Shown: positions 10,988 through 20,830, counted from the stretch's first letter. The stretch is 64,000 nt of DNA from an uncultured Lachnospiraceae bacterium (GCA_910586255.1 CAJUHR010000025.1:5177-69176); one strand, 5' to 3'. Program-made: numbers and translations. Notes: a model not told the origin generated them from the letters alone.

Positions 10988-11626
10988 ATGGCAGACAATT
11001 TATCAGTCAGCGGAACATCCAATCCGTATCAGACTCAGTACTATACGGCTCAGTCCAATGACAAGAACACAATCAGCATGACCGGATTCTTTCAGCTTCT
11101 GGCTACTCAGCTGCAGAACCAGGATATGAGCAATCCCATGGACAACAGCGAGATCATGGCTCAGATGACTCAGATGGCTATGGTGCAGTCCATGACAGCA
11201 ATGAATGATGCGATGAAGAATTCCACGGCAGTGAATACTCAGACCTATGCAGCCGGACTGGTTGGCCAGGAAGTGACCATGGCAGTGACTACAGAAAATG
11301 CCTATGGACAAGAGACGCCAATCGATGTAAAATATGCAAAGGTGGAGTGGGTTAATTTCACCTCTGGTAATCCTACCATTAAGGTGGAGGGCGATGACAG
11401 GGAGTATCAGCTTACCCATTTGGTTGGTATGGGTCGGGTGCCCAATCCCTTTAAGAACAGCACAGAGGGCGAAGATGTGGATGACAAGGATGATGTAGAT
11501 AACGAGGGCGATGGAGATGAGGGAGAAAAGGTCAAAAGCGTCAGAAGACTGGCAGCCCTTAAGGAGGATGACGAACAGGATTTTGATCGTGATCTGGAAA
11601 ACGATCTTACAGCCGCATTGATCTAA
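10988..11626 (+). CDS. flgD: flagellar hook capping/assembly protein FlgD
   Basis: 'FFQLLATQLQNQDMSNPMDNSEIMAQMTQMAMVQS' is the FlgD N-terminal signature. The protein has an unusual poly-acidic C-terminal tail. Confidence 0.9.
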   Translation: MADNLSVSGTSNPYQTQYYTAQSNDKNTISMTGFFQLLATQLQNQDMSNPMDNSEIMAQMTQMAMVQSMTAMNDAMKNSTAVNTQTYAAGLVGQEVTMAVTTENAYGQETPIDVKYAKVEWVNFTSGNPTIKVEGDDREYQLTHLVGMGRVPNPFKNSTEGEDVDDKDDVDNEGDGDEGEKVKSVRRLAALKEDDEQDFDRDLENDLTAALI

Positions 11627-11658
11627 AACAGTATTGGATTTTGGAAAGAGGAAAGATT

Positions 11659-12039
11659 ATGGATATTCATGGGATGCGTGTTTATGAGAACGGCATGTCC
11701 GGTATCCCCCACCAGAATACTACAACACCTGGGAACGGGGAGTGTCAGCCGGAGTTTGGCCAGCTTCTCCAGGAAAAGGCGAAGGTGGGCCTGAATTTTT
11801 CCAAACATGCTGCAAAAAGACTGGATGAACGGGGAATCACCGTTGACAATCAGCTGATGAGCGATCTGGAGCACGCAGTGGAGGGCGCAAGGAAGAAAGG
11901 CGCTAAGGATGTGGCAGTGATCGGCGCTCAGGGTGTTTTTATTGTGAATGTTCCCAACAATATGGTGGTCACGACTATGGGTCAGCAGGATATGAGGGAA
12001 CGGGTTTTTACGAATATTGACAGCGCCGTTCTGTTATAA
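11659..12039 (+). CDS. small flagellar-operon protein (resembles the TIGR02530-type family found between flgD and flgE)
   Basis: The motif 'FSKHAAKRLDERGITV' and the position between flgD and flgE support the call. The family assignment is from memory and is not verified. Confidence 0.5.
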   Translation: MDIHGMRVYENGMSGIPHQNTTTPGNGECQPEFGQLLQEKAKVGLNFSKHAAKRLDERGITVDNQLMSDLEHAVEGARKKGAKDVAVIGAQGVFIVNVPNNMVVTTMGQQDMRERVFTNIDSAVLL

Positions 12040-12124
12040 GCAGGACCTCGTATGAGGGTGTTTGTCCCGCCTGTGAGACACACAGGCAGGAGGAACGGCA
12101 GCAAGAAGGGAAGGAAAAGAAACT

Positions 12125-13144
12125 ATGTTAAGAGCAATGGATTCAGCAGTGGCAGGCTTGCGGGCCCATCAGAACAAGATGGACGTGGTGGGACATAATA
12201 TTGCAAACGTTAATACATTTGGATTTAAGGCACAGACTTATACTTTTAAGGAAGCAATGTATCAGACATCTACTTCATCTACAGGCGGTACCACTACAGC
12301 TGCCGGTGCTAATGCGGCACAGTATGGTTATGGTTCTTTGATGGGAACTATTGGTGTGGATATGACTGCAAGTACGCCGACTTATGTAGGTGGATTTAAT
12401 GCAAGTATCAGCGGTGACGGCTTTTTTATGGTTAGAAAAATGAAAACAAATGTTGCTGTTGATGGAGGAGATGCTTCTGCGACAACAGAGAGCATTAAAG
12501 GCGGAGACTTTCTATATACCAGAGTAGGGCAGTTTACATTAGACAGTAATGGATATGTGGTAGATGGGGATAAGAACTTTGTTTATGGGTTTATGCCCAA
12601 AGCGGATGATAATACTGCAGTAGATACCACAAAACTGGTGCCGTTGAGAATGCCAATAAAATATGAGAAAGACACTAATGGAAAGATAACCGTTATGTTT
12701 TCTAATAACAATTATGATACTACTGGAATGAATGCTGCACTGCTGTCAAAGGGAGTTGAGATCAACAGCGCTGGCGAGATCACAGTTAAAATTGAGTATG
12801 ATACCGGAAAACCGGATCCAGATGGTAATGGGAACATTATGGACAGTGCGGTGGTTTCCCTTGGAAAGCTTGCCATTGCCACATTCCAGAACCCAAATGG
12901 TTTAAATAAAGCAGGTGGGAACTATTACACTACATCCAGTGGCGATAACTCTGGTGCTGTAAGCGCTACCGTTCCCGGCGGCGCTACTCCGGACCTTATG
13001 ACCGGCTATGTAGAGGCTTCCAATGTGGACCTTGCCAAGGAGTTTTCCGATATGATCACCACACACAGAGGTTTCCAGTCCAACACAAAGATGATTACCG
13101 TTTCGGATGAGATGTTATCCGATCTTGTGGCTATGAAGCGGTAA
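12125..13144 (+). CDS. flgE: flagellar hook protein FlgE
   Basis: N-terminus 'AVAGLRAHQNKMDVVGHNIANVNTFGFK' and C-terminus 'SNVDLAKEFSDMITTHRGFQSNTKMITVSDEML'. It follows flgD. Confidence 0.88.
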   Translation: MLRAMDSAVAGLRAHQNKMDVVGHNIANVNTFGFKAQTYTFKEAMYQTSTSSTGGTTTAAGANAAQYGYGSLMGTIGVDMTASTPTYVGGFNASISGDGFFMVRKMKTNVAVDGGDASATTESIKGGDFLYTRVGQFTLDSNGYVVDGDKNFVYGFMPKADDNTAVDTTKLVPLRMPIKYEKDTNGKITVMFSNNNYDTTGMNAALLSKGVEINSAGEITVKIEYDTGKPDPDGNGNIMDSAVVSLGKLAIATFQNPNGLNKAGGNYYTTSSGDNSGAVSATVPGGATPDLMTGYVEASNVDLAKEFSDMITTHRGFQSNTKMITVSDEMLSDLVAMKR

Positions 13145-13331
13145 TGACAAGAAACAGCATAAAAACAGGTAAGCAAATATGAGAATCAGGCGGCAGAACG
13201 AGAACCAGAAGATTATGGATCGCGCCCGCAAAGCCAGAAAAGAAAGAATATCCGGGGAGAGGAGCCGCCAACGCCGCGGCTACTCTCTGGGTGATGCGGA
13301 GAACCAGGTGGGAGATAAGGAAGGTAAAGGA

Positions 13332-13532
13332 ATGATAAAAGTAGTTCGTTTAAACGGGGAGGAGCTTTATCTGAATGTTCTTCAGATTGAGAGCATGGAG
13401 TCCATACCGGAGACAAAGGTAAAGATGATGAATGGCGACTATTACCTGGTAAAAGATTCCGCGGATTCAGTTATGGATCAGATCAGGGCGTTTATCAAAA
13501 GCTGCTTTGTTTGTGAGGATAAAGGCCAGTAA
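13332..13532 (+). CDS. flbD: flagellar protein FlbD
   Basis: 'MIKVVRLNGEELYLNVLQIESMESIPETKVKMMNGDYYLVKDS' is FlbD-like. It lies directly upstream of motA. I chose the internal ATG at 13332, behind a purine-rich RBS. Confidence 0.8.
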   Translation: MIKVVRLNGEELYLNVLQIESMESIPETKVKMMNGDYYLVKDSADSVMDQIRAFIKSCFVCEDKGQ

Positions 13533-13567
13533 GCGCTTTTGAAGCTTGGATTTAGGAGGAAAAGGAA

Positions 13568-14377
13568 ATGGATTTGACAACGCTCGTTGGTATGATAATG
13601 GCCATTGGTCTGTGTATATGGGGAATCGGAGTGAGTAAGATCGGCAACTTCATTGATCCCCAAAGCCTTGCAATCGTAATTGGCGGTACAATCGCAGCCA
13701 TTACGGCAAGCTATCCTTTAAGGATTCTTTTGGACATTCCCAAGCATATTACAGTATTGTTCAGAGGAAAAAAATATAATATTCCCAAACTGGTGGATCA
13801 ACTGGTGGATCTGGCCATGCTTGCCAGACAGAGCGGCCTTCTGGCTTTGGAAGAAAAGGCGGAGGAGATTAAGGATCCGTTTTTAAAACAGAGTGTTCTG
13901 ATGATTGTGGATGCCAGCGATCCGGATAAAGTCCGGGATATGCTGGAAAAGCAGATGGATGATATGATTGCAAGACATGATGAGGCAGCAGGACTTTATG
14001 AGAAGGCTTCCTCTTATGCTCCTGCATTTGGTATGATCGGTACCCTGATTGGTCTGATCAATATGTTAAAGGGACTGAATCTGGACGGCGGCGGCGGAGC
14101 CAGCAGTCTGGGAGCCGACATGTCTGTGGCATTGATTACCACCTTCTACGGAAGCGGTTTTGCTAATATTTTCTGTCAGCCCATAGCGAAAAAGTTGAGG
14201 GTAAGAGAGGCAGAGGAAGAGCTTTATTGCTCTACGGTTATTGAGGGACTTATGGGAATTCAGGCAGGTGAGAATCCCAAAATGCTCAGAGAGCATCTTC
14301 TTTCCTGTATGAAACAGTCTCAGCAGAAGAAGCTTCTTTTAAAGGCTGAGAAGTCTGGCGGAGGTGGAGAAGGCTGA
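13568..14377 (+). CDS. motA: flagellar stator protein MotA
   Basis: 269 aa with four TM segments and a MotA/TolQ/ExbB-like C-terminal channel region ('APAFGMIGTLIGLINML'). Confidence 0.9.
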   Translation: MDLTTLVGMIMAIGLCIWGIGVSKIGNFIDPQSLAIVIGGTIAAITASYPLRILLDIPKHITVLFRGKKYNIPKLVDQLVDLAMLARQSGLLALEEKAEEIKDPFLKQSVLMIVDASDPDKVRDMLEKQMDDMIARHDEAAGLYEKASSYAPAFGMIGTLIGLINMLKGLNLDGGGGASSLGADMSVALITTFYGSGFANIFCQPIAKKLRVREAEEELYCSTVIEGLMGIQAGENPKMLREHLLSCMKQSQQKKLLLKAEKSGGGGEG

Positions 14378-15330
14378 TGAGCAGGAGAAAAAAAGGCGGC
14401 GGCGGAGGAGAAGACTGCGGAAGCTGGATGGATACATATGGCGACATGGTCACTCTTCTTTTGTGCTTCTTTGTTATGCTGTATTCCATGTCAAGTCTGG
14501 ATCAGCAGAAGTGGGAAATCTTTGTGAAGAGCGTATTTCCCAACTCCAATGACAAGGAGCAGATCGCCATTAATGAAAATATATTAGATGGTGAATTTGA
14601 TGTCTCCGGAAACCTTCAGATGGAGGAGGAGATGGAGATGGACGACTTGGATAAGCTCTGGCTGGCTCTCCAGAAAAAGCTGGAGGAAAGCGGAATGGAC
14701 CAGGGCGTCAGCATGAATAAGGGGGAGGGTTACGCCTTCATCTCCTTTGAGAATCACACGTTCTTCAATGGAAACAGCTCTCAGCTGACCAATGAGGCAA
14801 TTGCCGTGCTGGATGTGTTTTGCGAGGCCATAGAACCTCAGGCAGATGCTTTTTCACAGATCGAGATCATGGGACACACGGCTCAGGGGGACCCAAATCA
14901 TCCCAACAACCCCCGGACAGACCGGCTTTTGTCCTCCATGCGCGCGGCTGAGGTGGCGGCTTATATCCAGGAGAAGAACATTATGGACCCCAGCAAGATC
15001 ATTGGAATCAGCTACGGCCAGTTCCGTCCGGTGGACACCTTTGAGACCAGCGAGGGCAGAGCGAGAAACCGCCGTGTGGAATTTTTGATTATTGACAATG
15101 GGGCGGATATTAAGTCCATGAATGATTTTTATGATGAGATTAATGGTGTAGATGAAGGGGATGCCTCTGCTCCGGACGGATTTTCGGAGATAGGCGGCAG
15201 TATGGAGGGGTCGGCCAGTATGGTCAATCCGGACGGCCCTCCGGATAATGCGGCTGCTTTGGAAGCTGCAGATCCTGCTCAGGCGGGAGCTGAGATTCTG
15301 GATAGCATGATCAATCCCGCAGCGGAATAA
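14377..15330 (+). CDS. motB: flagellar stator protein MotB (OmpA-like C-terminal domain)
   Basis: 'WMDTYGDMVTLLLCFFVML' carries the conserved Asp. The OmpA-like region includes 'NRRVEFLI'. The ATG overlaps the motA TGA by 1 nt. Confidence 0.9.
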   Translation: MSRRKKGGGGGEDCGSWMDTYGDMVTLLLCFFVMLYSMSSLDQQKWEIFVKSVFPNSNDKEQIAINENILDGEFDVSGNLQMEEEMEMDDLDKLWLALQKKLEESGMDQGVSMNKGEGYAFISFENHTFFNGNSSQLTNEAIAVLDVFCEAIEPQADAFSQIEIMGHTAQGDPNHPNNPRTDRLLSSMRAAEVAAYIQEKNIMDPSKIIGISYGQFRPVDTFETSEGRARNRRVEFLIIDNGADIKSMNDFYDEINGVDEGDASAPDGFSEIGGSMEGSASMVNPDGPPDNAAALEAADPAQAGAEILDSMINPAAE

Positions 15331-15357
15331 CTTATTGAGAAAAGGTGGCGTTTTGAA

Positions 15358-16488
15358 ATGGCAGACGTATTATCCCAAAGTCAGATTGATGCTCTTTTGA
15401 AGTCTATGCAGGGCGGCGGAGGCGATGACAGCAGCAGTAGCAGTGCTCCTGTGCAGACCGAGCAAAAGGCGGCTGTGCAGGATGAAAAGAAAAAACCAGA
15501 TACACCCGAGATCAAATACAGTAAGTATGATTTTTACAGTCCCAGGAAATTCACAAAGGATAAGATGAAGATCCTGACCAGTGTGTTTGAGAATTACGCG
15601 CGGATTATCACCTCTCAGGTCAATGGTGTTTTCCGGGTTATGACGGATATCACCGTGATGGAGGTTCAGGAACGGCGTTACTATGAGTTTGTAAACTCTC
15701 TAAATGAAAATGATGTGATTACTCTGGTTAATACCAGCATGGAGAATTATACCCGGAAGCTGGTTCCCTTGATGATGTATGTGACGCCGGGACTGGTGAT
15801 CACGCTCATTGACCGTATGCTTGGCGGGGAGGAGACTGTAGTTAAGGTTAAGGACGGATACCGGTATTCGGATGTGGAGACCGCCCTGTACCGCAGAGTG
15901 CTCTCTCAGCTGATCCATGCTTTAAAGGACGGCTTTGCCAGCTACATAAATGTGAACTTTGAGGCTTTCCGGATTGAGGAAAATCCCACAATGATGCAGG
16001 ATGTGGGCTTGGATGAGACTGTGGCCATTATTCATCTTAATGTGGATGTGACAGGTCTTGCTGTGGAGCGGATCCGGATCTGCATGCCGGGCACGCTTTT
16101 AGAAGCAATGTTTCAGGTTATGGACAGCCACAGACATCTTGCCAAAGGTTACTCCTATGAGGATAACCGGGAGACCATTCTGGAGAATATCCGTCAGTCC
16201 CAGCTTCCTCTCACAGGACAGCTTGGCACTGTATCCCTGGATTTGGATGATATATACCATCTAAAGGTAGGCGATGTGATTGATATGAATAAGCCTAAGG
16301 ACAGGGAAGTGAAGCTTTATGTGGGAAGACAGGCATGGTTTACAGGTAAGATGGGTATCTATAAAAAGAACGTAGCAATTCGGATCAATCGAAGACTTTA
16401 TGATGAGGATGACCCGGAGAAGGATGAGCTCTCGGAGGAGGAGCTGCTGGCCGCCCAGGGAGGGGAGGAACCGGCTCTCGGCGGATGA
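15358..16488 (+). CDS. fliM: flagellar motor switch protein FliM
   Basis: The N-terminal CheY-P docking peptide 'LSQSQIDALL' is followed by FliM middle and C-terminal domains. Confidence 0.93.
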   Translation: MADVLSQSQIDALLKSMQGGGGDDSSSSSAPVQTEQKAAVQDEKKKPDTPEIKYSKYDFYSPRKFTKDKMKILTSVFENYARIITSQVNGVFRVMTDITVMEVQERRYYEFVNSLNENDVITLVNTSMENYTRKLVPLMMYVTPGLVITLIDRMLGGEETVVKVKDGYRYSDVETALYRRVLSQLIHALKDGFASYINVNFEAFRIEENPTMMQDVGLDETVAIIHLNVDVTGLAVERIRICMPGTLLEAMFQVMDSHRHLAKGYSYEDNRETILENIRQSQLPLTGQLGTVSLDLDDIYHLKVGDVIDMNKPKDREVKLYVGRQAWFTGKMGIYKKNVAIRINRRLYDEDDPEKDELSEEELLAAQGGEEPALGG

Positions 16489-16576
16489 CAGCCATACCGT
16501 CAGAACAGGATAAGAGGTTGCTGATTTATCAGTGACATCATATATTATTATTTTTTAAAGAAGAGAGGGGAACACA

Positions 16577-16939
16577 ATGCCTAAAATTATGTTGGTTGAT
16601 GATGCCGCGTTTATGAGAATGATGGTTAAAAATGCCCTGACCAAAAGTGGGTATGATAATTTTGTAGAAGCTCAGGATGGGGCAGAAGCGGTGAAGAAGT
16701 ATGCTGAGGAGAAGCCGGACATGGTATTTATGGATATCACCATGCCCAATATGGACGGTCTTCAGGCTTTGAAGAAAATCAAAGAGGACTATCCGGATGC
16801 AAAGATTGTAATGTGTACGGCAATGGGCCAGGAGGGAATGGTAGTAGACGCAATTAAGTCCGGAGCCAGAGATTTTATTGTAAAGCCGTTTAATGCCGAG
16901 CGTATTGTACAGACCGCGCAGGCGATTTTGGGGAGTTAA
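16577..16939 (+). CDS. cheY: chemotaxis response regulator CheY
   Basis: A 120-aa single REC domain with 'MLVDDAAFMR', 'FMDITMPNMDG' and 'DFIVKPF'. Confidence 0.93.
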   Translation: MPKIMLVDDAAFMRMMVKNALTKSGYDNFVEAQDGAEAVKKYAEEKPDMVFMDITMPNMDGLQALKKIKEDYPDAKIVMCTAMGQEGMVVDAIKSGARDFIVKPFNAERIVQTAQAILGS

Positions 16940-16960
16940 AACAGGCAGGAGGATTTTAAA

Positions 16961-17410
16961 ATGGCATTTTTGAGTTCTTTTGACATCAGTGCATCTGCTT
17001 TGAGTGCCCAGCGTGTCCGGATGGATATAGCGGCAGAGAATATTGCCAATATTGACTCGACCAGAACTGAAGGGGGCGGTGCATACCGCAGAAAAGATGT
17101 GCTTTTTGAGAGCTATGGAGCAGGCTCTTTCAGAGAGGCGCTGCATAATGCCTCCGCGGGAAAAGGATTTTCCGGCAGAAATGCAGGCGTCCGGGTGGCA
17201 GGTATCATTGAGGATGACCGGGAGATGAAGCAGGTCTATAATCCGGGCCATCCCGATGCAGATGAGAATGGATTTGTAACTTTGCCGAATGTGGATCTCT
17301 TAAAGGAGACTGTGGACAGTATGTCTGCCACCAGATCTTATGAGGCCAATGTTACGGCATTGAATGCAATGAAGCTGATGGCGCAGAAGGCGCTGGAAAT
17401 TGGGAAATAA
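16961..17410 (+). CDS. flgC: flagellar basal-body rod protein FlgC (non-canonical position)
   Basis: 'SASALSAQRVRMDIAAENIANIDSTRT' together with 'NVDLLKETVDSMSATRSYEANVTALNAMKLMAQKALEI' are FlgC signatures. Confidence 0.88.
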   Translation: MAFLSSFDISASALSAQRVRMDIAAENIANIDSTRTEGGGAYRRKDVLFESYGAGSFREALHNASAGKGFSGRNAGVRVAGIIEDDREMKQVYNPGHPDADENGFVTLPNVDLLKETVDSMSATRSYEANVTALNAMKLMAQKALEIGK

Positions 17411-17452
17411 TATTCCGCGCATGGAAAAATTTTGATAAAAGGAGATTGAGAA

Positions 17453-18751
17453 ATGGGCGCTAGCAGCTTTAATGAGATGGAATTAGACGCTATAGGCGAG
17501 ATTATGAATATCAGCCTTGGCGCCTCTGCGACGGCAGTTTCCACGATGCTGGGCACAAAGGTGAATATTACAACGCCTGTGGTGCTGGTTCAGACGCGAG
17601 AACAATTTGAGTTCAAACGGCTGGAACCGGCTATTGGCGTTGAGATTGATTATGTGGAAGGCCTGGACGGCAAGAACATCATGATGTTCCGCAAGGAGGA
17701 TATCCGGATTATTGTGGGCACTATGATGGGAGAGGACCTGCCCATGGAGGCTTTCGACCAGATGGATGAGCTGTATATCAGCGCCATCTGCGAGGTCATG
17801 AATCAGATGATGGGATCCTCCGCTACGGCTCTGTCTGAATTTCTGGGCACCGTAGTGAATATATCTACCCCCAAATCCTTTGATGTGGGCGAGCCGGAGG
17901 ATTTCAAGAACAAGTATTTTACGGAAGAAAGCGGTATGGTGATCGTCCGCTTCCGCTTGGAAATTGAGGATAAACTAAACAGTGAATTTATGAATATTAT
18001 GCCGGTAAAACTGGCAAAGAGACTTTTGGAGCCCTTTGCGGACAGCTTAGGCGAACCAGAACCGGCAGCACCTGAGCAGCCATTGGTTGCCGAGCCTGCG
18101 CCTGCACCTGCACCCCAGCCGGCCCCGGTTGCCGAGCCTGCACCGGCGCCTGTACCCCAGCCTGCTCCGGTTGCCGAGCCTGCTCCGGCGCCTCAACCGG
18201 CCCCGACCCCTGCGCCAATGCCTCAACCGGCTCCGATGCCTCAGGTTCCGCCTGTGGCAGATCCGGCAGCCATGCAGGGAATGCAGCAGCCCTATTATCC
18301 CTATCCGTCTGCGGGAATGGATCCCATGATGCTTCAGCTGCTTAATCAGATGCAGCAGACCCAGATGCAGATGATGGAGATGATGAAGTCCACCAAGACC
18401 CGTGAGCCGGCTTCTTCCGCTACGGGCGGCTCTCTTATCCGTCCCTTAAGCTCACCGCAGATGCAGGGCGAGGACGGCACGGGAGAAGAGGACAAGGCCA
18501 ATCAGGAGATGCTGATGAAGGTGCCTCTTGAGATTTCCGTGGAAATCGGAAGAACCAAGAGACTGGTGAAGGATATTCTGGAATTTACTCAGGGCACGTT
18601 GGTGGTTCTTGACAAGATGGCCGGTGAGCAGGTGGATCTATATGTCAACGGACAGTGCATCGCCAAGGGAGACATCGTAGTGGTGGAGGATAACTTCGGT
18701 ATCCGTATTACAGAGATTGTATCAAGGGAACTCCATCCGGAAAGCTTATAA
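17453..18751 (+). CDS. fliY: flagellar switch protein FliY (two CheC-like phosphatase sites plus a FliN C-terminal domain)
   Basis: There are two E-x2-N-x22-P sites ('GEIMNIS...TTP' and 'CEVMNQM...STP'). A Pro/Ala repeat linker follows. The FliN/SpoA C-terminus reads 'LEISVEIGRTKRLVKDILEF...GIRITEIV'. Confidence 0.9.
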   Translation: MGASSFNEMELDAIGEIMNISLGASATAVSTMLGTKVNITTPVVLVQTREQFEFKRLEPAIGVEIDYVEGLDGKNIMMFRKEDIRIIVGTMMGEDLPMEAFDQMDELYISAICEVMNQMMGSSATALSEFLGTVVNISTPKSFDVGEPEDFKNKYFTEESGMVIVRFRLEIEDKLNSEFMNIMPVKLAKRLLEPFADSLGEPEPAAPEQPLVAEPAPAPAPQPAPVAEPAPAPVPQPAPVAEPAPAPQPAPTPAPMPQPAPMPQVPPVADPAAMQGMQQPYYPYPSAGMDPMMLQLLNQMQQTQMQMMEMMKSTKTREPASSATGGSLIRPLSSPQMQGEDGTGEEDKANQEMLMKVPLEISVEIGRTKRLVKDILEFTQGTLVVLDKMAGEQVDLYVNGQCIAKGDIVVVEDNFGIRITEIVSRELHPESL

Positions 18752-18767
18752 GGTGGAAGAATTGACA

Positions 18768-19109
18768 ATGTTTCGCGCAATACTGACGGTTATGATTGTC
18801 CTGGCTATGGCCTGGTGGTGCAGCCGTTTGCTGGGAAGGCAGTGGGTAAGGTCCTCCGGCTCCGGCAATATTGAGCTGATTGATCAGGTGCAGGTAGGAC
18901 AAAATCAGAGAATCCTTCTTATGAAGGCGGGAGAGAAGCATTATCTGATCGGCGTCAGTTCGGCGGGAATCCAGCTTCTCTCAGAGGTGGAGGGAGAGTT
19001 TTGTTCTCCCCGGTCGCCGGAGATGACAGCCGGAACACAGTTTCCCTTCCGGGATTTTCTCAAGGAACGTTTGGAATCATACAGGGATAAAAGGGAGGGA
19101 GAGCAATGA
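18768..19109 (+). CDS. fliO: flagellar biosynthesis protein FliO (FliZ of Bacillus)
   Basis: It has a single N-terminal TM segment ('AILTVMIVLAMAWW') and the motif 'ILLMKAGEKHYLIGVSSAGIQLL'. It lies directly upstream of fliP. The ATG at 18768 follows AAGGTGGAAG. Confidence 0.75.
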   Translation: MFRAILTVMIVLAMAWWCSRLLGRQWVRSSGSGNIELIDQVQVGQNQRILLMKAGEKHYLIGVSSAGIQLLSEVEGEFCSPRSPEMTAGTQFPFRDFLKERLESYRDKREGEQ

Positions 19110-19762
19110 ATGACCTTCTGACACAGTTAAACGGCGGGAGCGTTCCCACCCTGGAAATAATATTTCTTCTTACCTTTGCGGCCCTGCTTCCATCGATTGT
19201 CGTTATGATGACTTCTTTTACGAGAACAATCATCATACTGTCCTTTACAAGAAACGCGATGGGTGTTCAGCAGGCGCCGCCCAATATGGTATTGGTTGGC
19301 ATTGCCCTGTTTTTGACCTTATATATTATGAGTCCGGTGCTGAACCAGATAAATGAGGAGGCGTATCAGCCTTATGTCAGGGAGGAGATCACTCAGGAAG
19401 AGGCCATGGAACGGATGGTGGTTCCCTTAAAGGACTTTATGCTCCGCAACACGGAGCTAAACACCATGAATACCTTCGTCCGCATGGCCGGCATAGAGGT
19501 TCCCGAAAATCCCCAGGACTATCCATTGACGGTAGTGGTTCCGGCGTTTATGACCAGCGAGCTGAAGGCAGGATTTACGGCCGGATTTTTGATTTATCTC
19601 CCGTTTCTTCTGGTGGATATTATTGTGTCTACCACGTTGATGTCCATGGGTATGGTAATGCTGCCTCCAGCTATGATTTCCATGCCGTTTAAGCTGCTGC
19701 TTTTTGTGACGGTGGACGGCTGGGAGCTGTTGTTTTCCAGTATTGTTACCAGCTTTCGCTAG
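19106..19762 (+). CDS. fliP: flagellar export apparatus protein FliP
   Basis: 'TSFTRTIIILSFTRNAMGVQQAPPN' and other segments are FliP-like. The ATG overlaps the fliO stop. Confidence 0.95.
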   Translation: MNDLLTQLNGGSVPTLEIIFLLTFAALLPSIVVMMTSFTRTIIILSFTRNAMGVQQAPPNMVLVGIALFLTLYIMSPVLNQINEEAYQPYVREEITQEEAMERMVVPLKDFMLRNTELNTMNTFVRMAGIEVPENPQDYPLTVVVPAFMTSELKAGFTAGFLIYLPFLLVDIIVSTTLMSMGMVMLPPAMISMPFKLLLFVTVDGWELLFSSIVTSFR

Positions 19763-19810
19763 AACAGGAATATTTTGTCTGAGCGGTTACCGGGAAGGGA
19801 GTGAGAAGCC

Positions 19811-20071
19811 GTGTCCGAACTGCAGATTATGGATATTTTATACCAGACCTTTCAGCTGGCAGTGCGGCTGACCATGCCGTTTCTGCTGGTGAGTATGGTG
19901 GTGGGTGTGCTGATTGCCATTTTTCAGGCAGCAACCCAGATCAATGAGCAGACGTTGACCTTTGTGCCCAAATTTTTGTCGATCTTGGCAGTGATGGGAT
20001 TTTTGGGAAGCTCGATTCTGACAATGCTTCAGGATTTCGTCAGACAGATGATGTCCCTGATGGGGGGCTGA
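19811..20071 (+). CDS. fliQ: flagellar export apparatus protein FliQ
   Basis: 86 aa with 'IAIFQAATQINEQTLTFVPK'. The GTG start follows GGGAGTGAG. Confidence 0.92.
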   Translation: MSELQIMDILYQTFQLAVRLTMPFLLVSMVVGVLIAIFQAATQINEQTLTFVPKFLSILAVMGFLGSSILTMLQDFVRQMMSLMGG

Positions 20072-20077
20072 TGATCC

Positions 20078-20830
20078 GTGTTTATTCTCTTTGCGTTGAT
20101 CGTCATGCGGATGAGCGGCGCCATTGCCTTTAATCCCATATTCGGCAGAACCAATTATCCCAGAGTGGCTAAGGGAGCCCTTATTTTTCTTCTTTCCCTG
20201 ATGCTGTATTTGGGGGTGGACGGGACTCTTGTCCATCAGCCGGCTAATATGATTGAGTACGGCGTAATGCTGGTTAAGGAATTGATGGTGGGTTTTGTAC
20301 TGGGCTTTTCCATGGAGCTTACCTTCGCCATTGTCCGGTTTGCCTCGTCAATTATGGATCACACCATGGGACTTTCCATGGCGCAGGTATATGATCCCCA
20401 GTACAACACCCAGATGACCATTACCTCCGGTATCTTTTATGCTTTTCTGGCCCTGATCTTTTTGGCTACGGACGGGCATGTAAGGCTGATTGCCCTGTTT
20501 TTTTCATCAGCCAGACTGATTCCCTTCGGGCAGGTGGCCATTCGCCCGGAGCTGTCAGAGCTTATGCTGGAGATCTTCCGCACTTGTATTCAGACAGGAT
20601 TCCAGTTTGCGTTTCCCCTGATAGCCATGGAGCTGGTGACGGAGGCGGCGGTGGGAATTTTGATGCGGATGATTCCGCAGATCAATGTGTTTGCCATTAA
20701 TTTCCAGATTAAAATCATAGTTGGACTCATGATGCTGGTATATCTCTTCAGCCCTATGGCTTCGCGGCTGTATGTGATGATTGACGACATGTTTATGAAT
20801 ATGCAGCGTCTGCTTTCCCTGATGGTATAG
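20078..20830 (+). CDS. fliR: flagellar export apparatus protein FliR
   Basis: A 250-aa polytopic protein positioned between fliQ and flhB. It has a GTG start. Confidence 0.88.
   Translation: MFILFALIVMRMSGAIAFNPIFGRTNYPRVAKGALIFLLSLMLYLGVDGTLVHQPANMIEYGVMLVKELMVGFVLGFSMELTFAIVRFASSIMDHTMGLSMAQVYDPQYNTQMTITSGIFYAFLALIFLATDGHVRLIALFFSSARLIPFGQVAIRPELSELMLEIFRTCIQTGFQFAFPLIAMELVTEAAVGILMRMIPQINVFAINFQIKIIVGLMMLVYLFSPMASRLYVMIDDMFMNMQRLLSLMV

Noticed and set aside
12060-12100. A short hairpin (GCCTGTG-agaca-CACAGGC) between the small flagellar ORF and flgE, considered as an internal terminator.
   Set aside because: It has only a 7-bp stem and no T-tract, and it lies inside a tightly packed operon. 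The evidence is too weak to call a regulatory element.
13179-13331. An in-frame Arg/Lys-rich 51-aa N-terminal extension of FlbD in the ORF track.
   Set aside because: FlbD proteins are about 60-75 aa. The internal ATG at 13332 has a purine-rich RBS and yields a protein that starts exactly at the conserved 'MIKV..LNG' motif. The extension has a weak RBS and no homology that I can see. A real basic N-terminal extension cannot be excluded without proteomics.
16538-17251. A 237-aa ORF on the minus strand. Similar long antisense ORFs include 4165..4779, 8160..8894, 21405..21974, 36353..37231, 47457..48080, 59133..59715 and 60376..60903.
   Set aside because: Each one lies entirely antisense to a strongly supported conserved gene (cheY/flgC, fliF, fliI, flhB, fliS/fliT-like, ptsI and others). 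They have skewed Pro/Ser/Arg/His-rich composition, no RBS and no recognisable motif. They are typical shadow ORFs of moderately GC-rich coding DNA.
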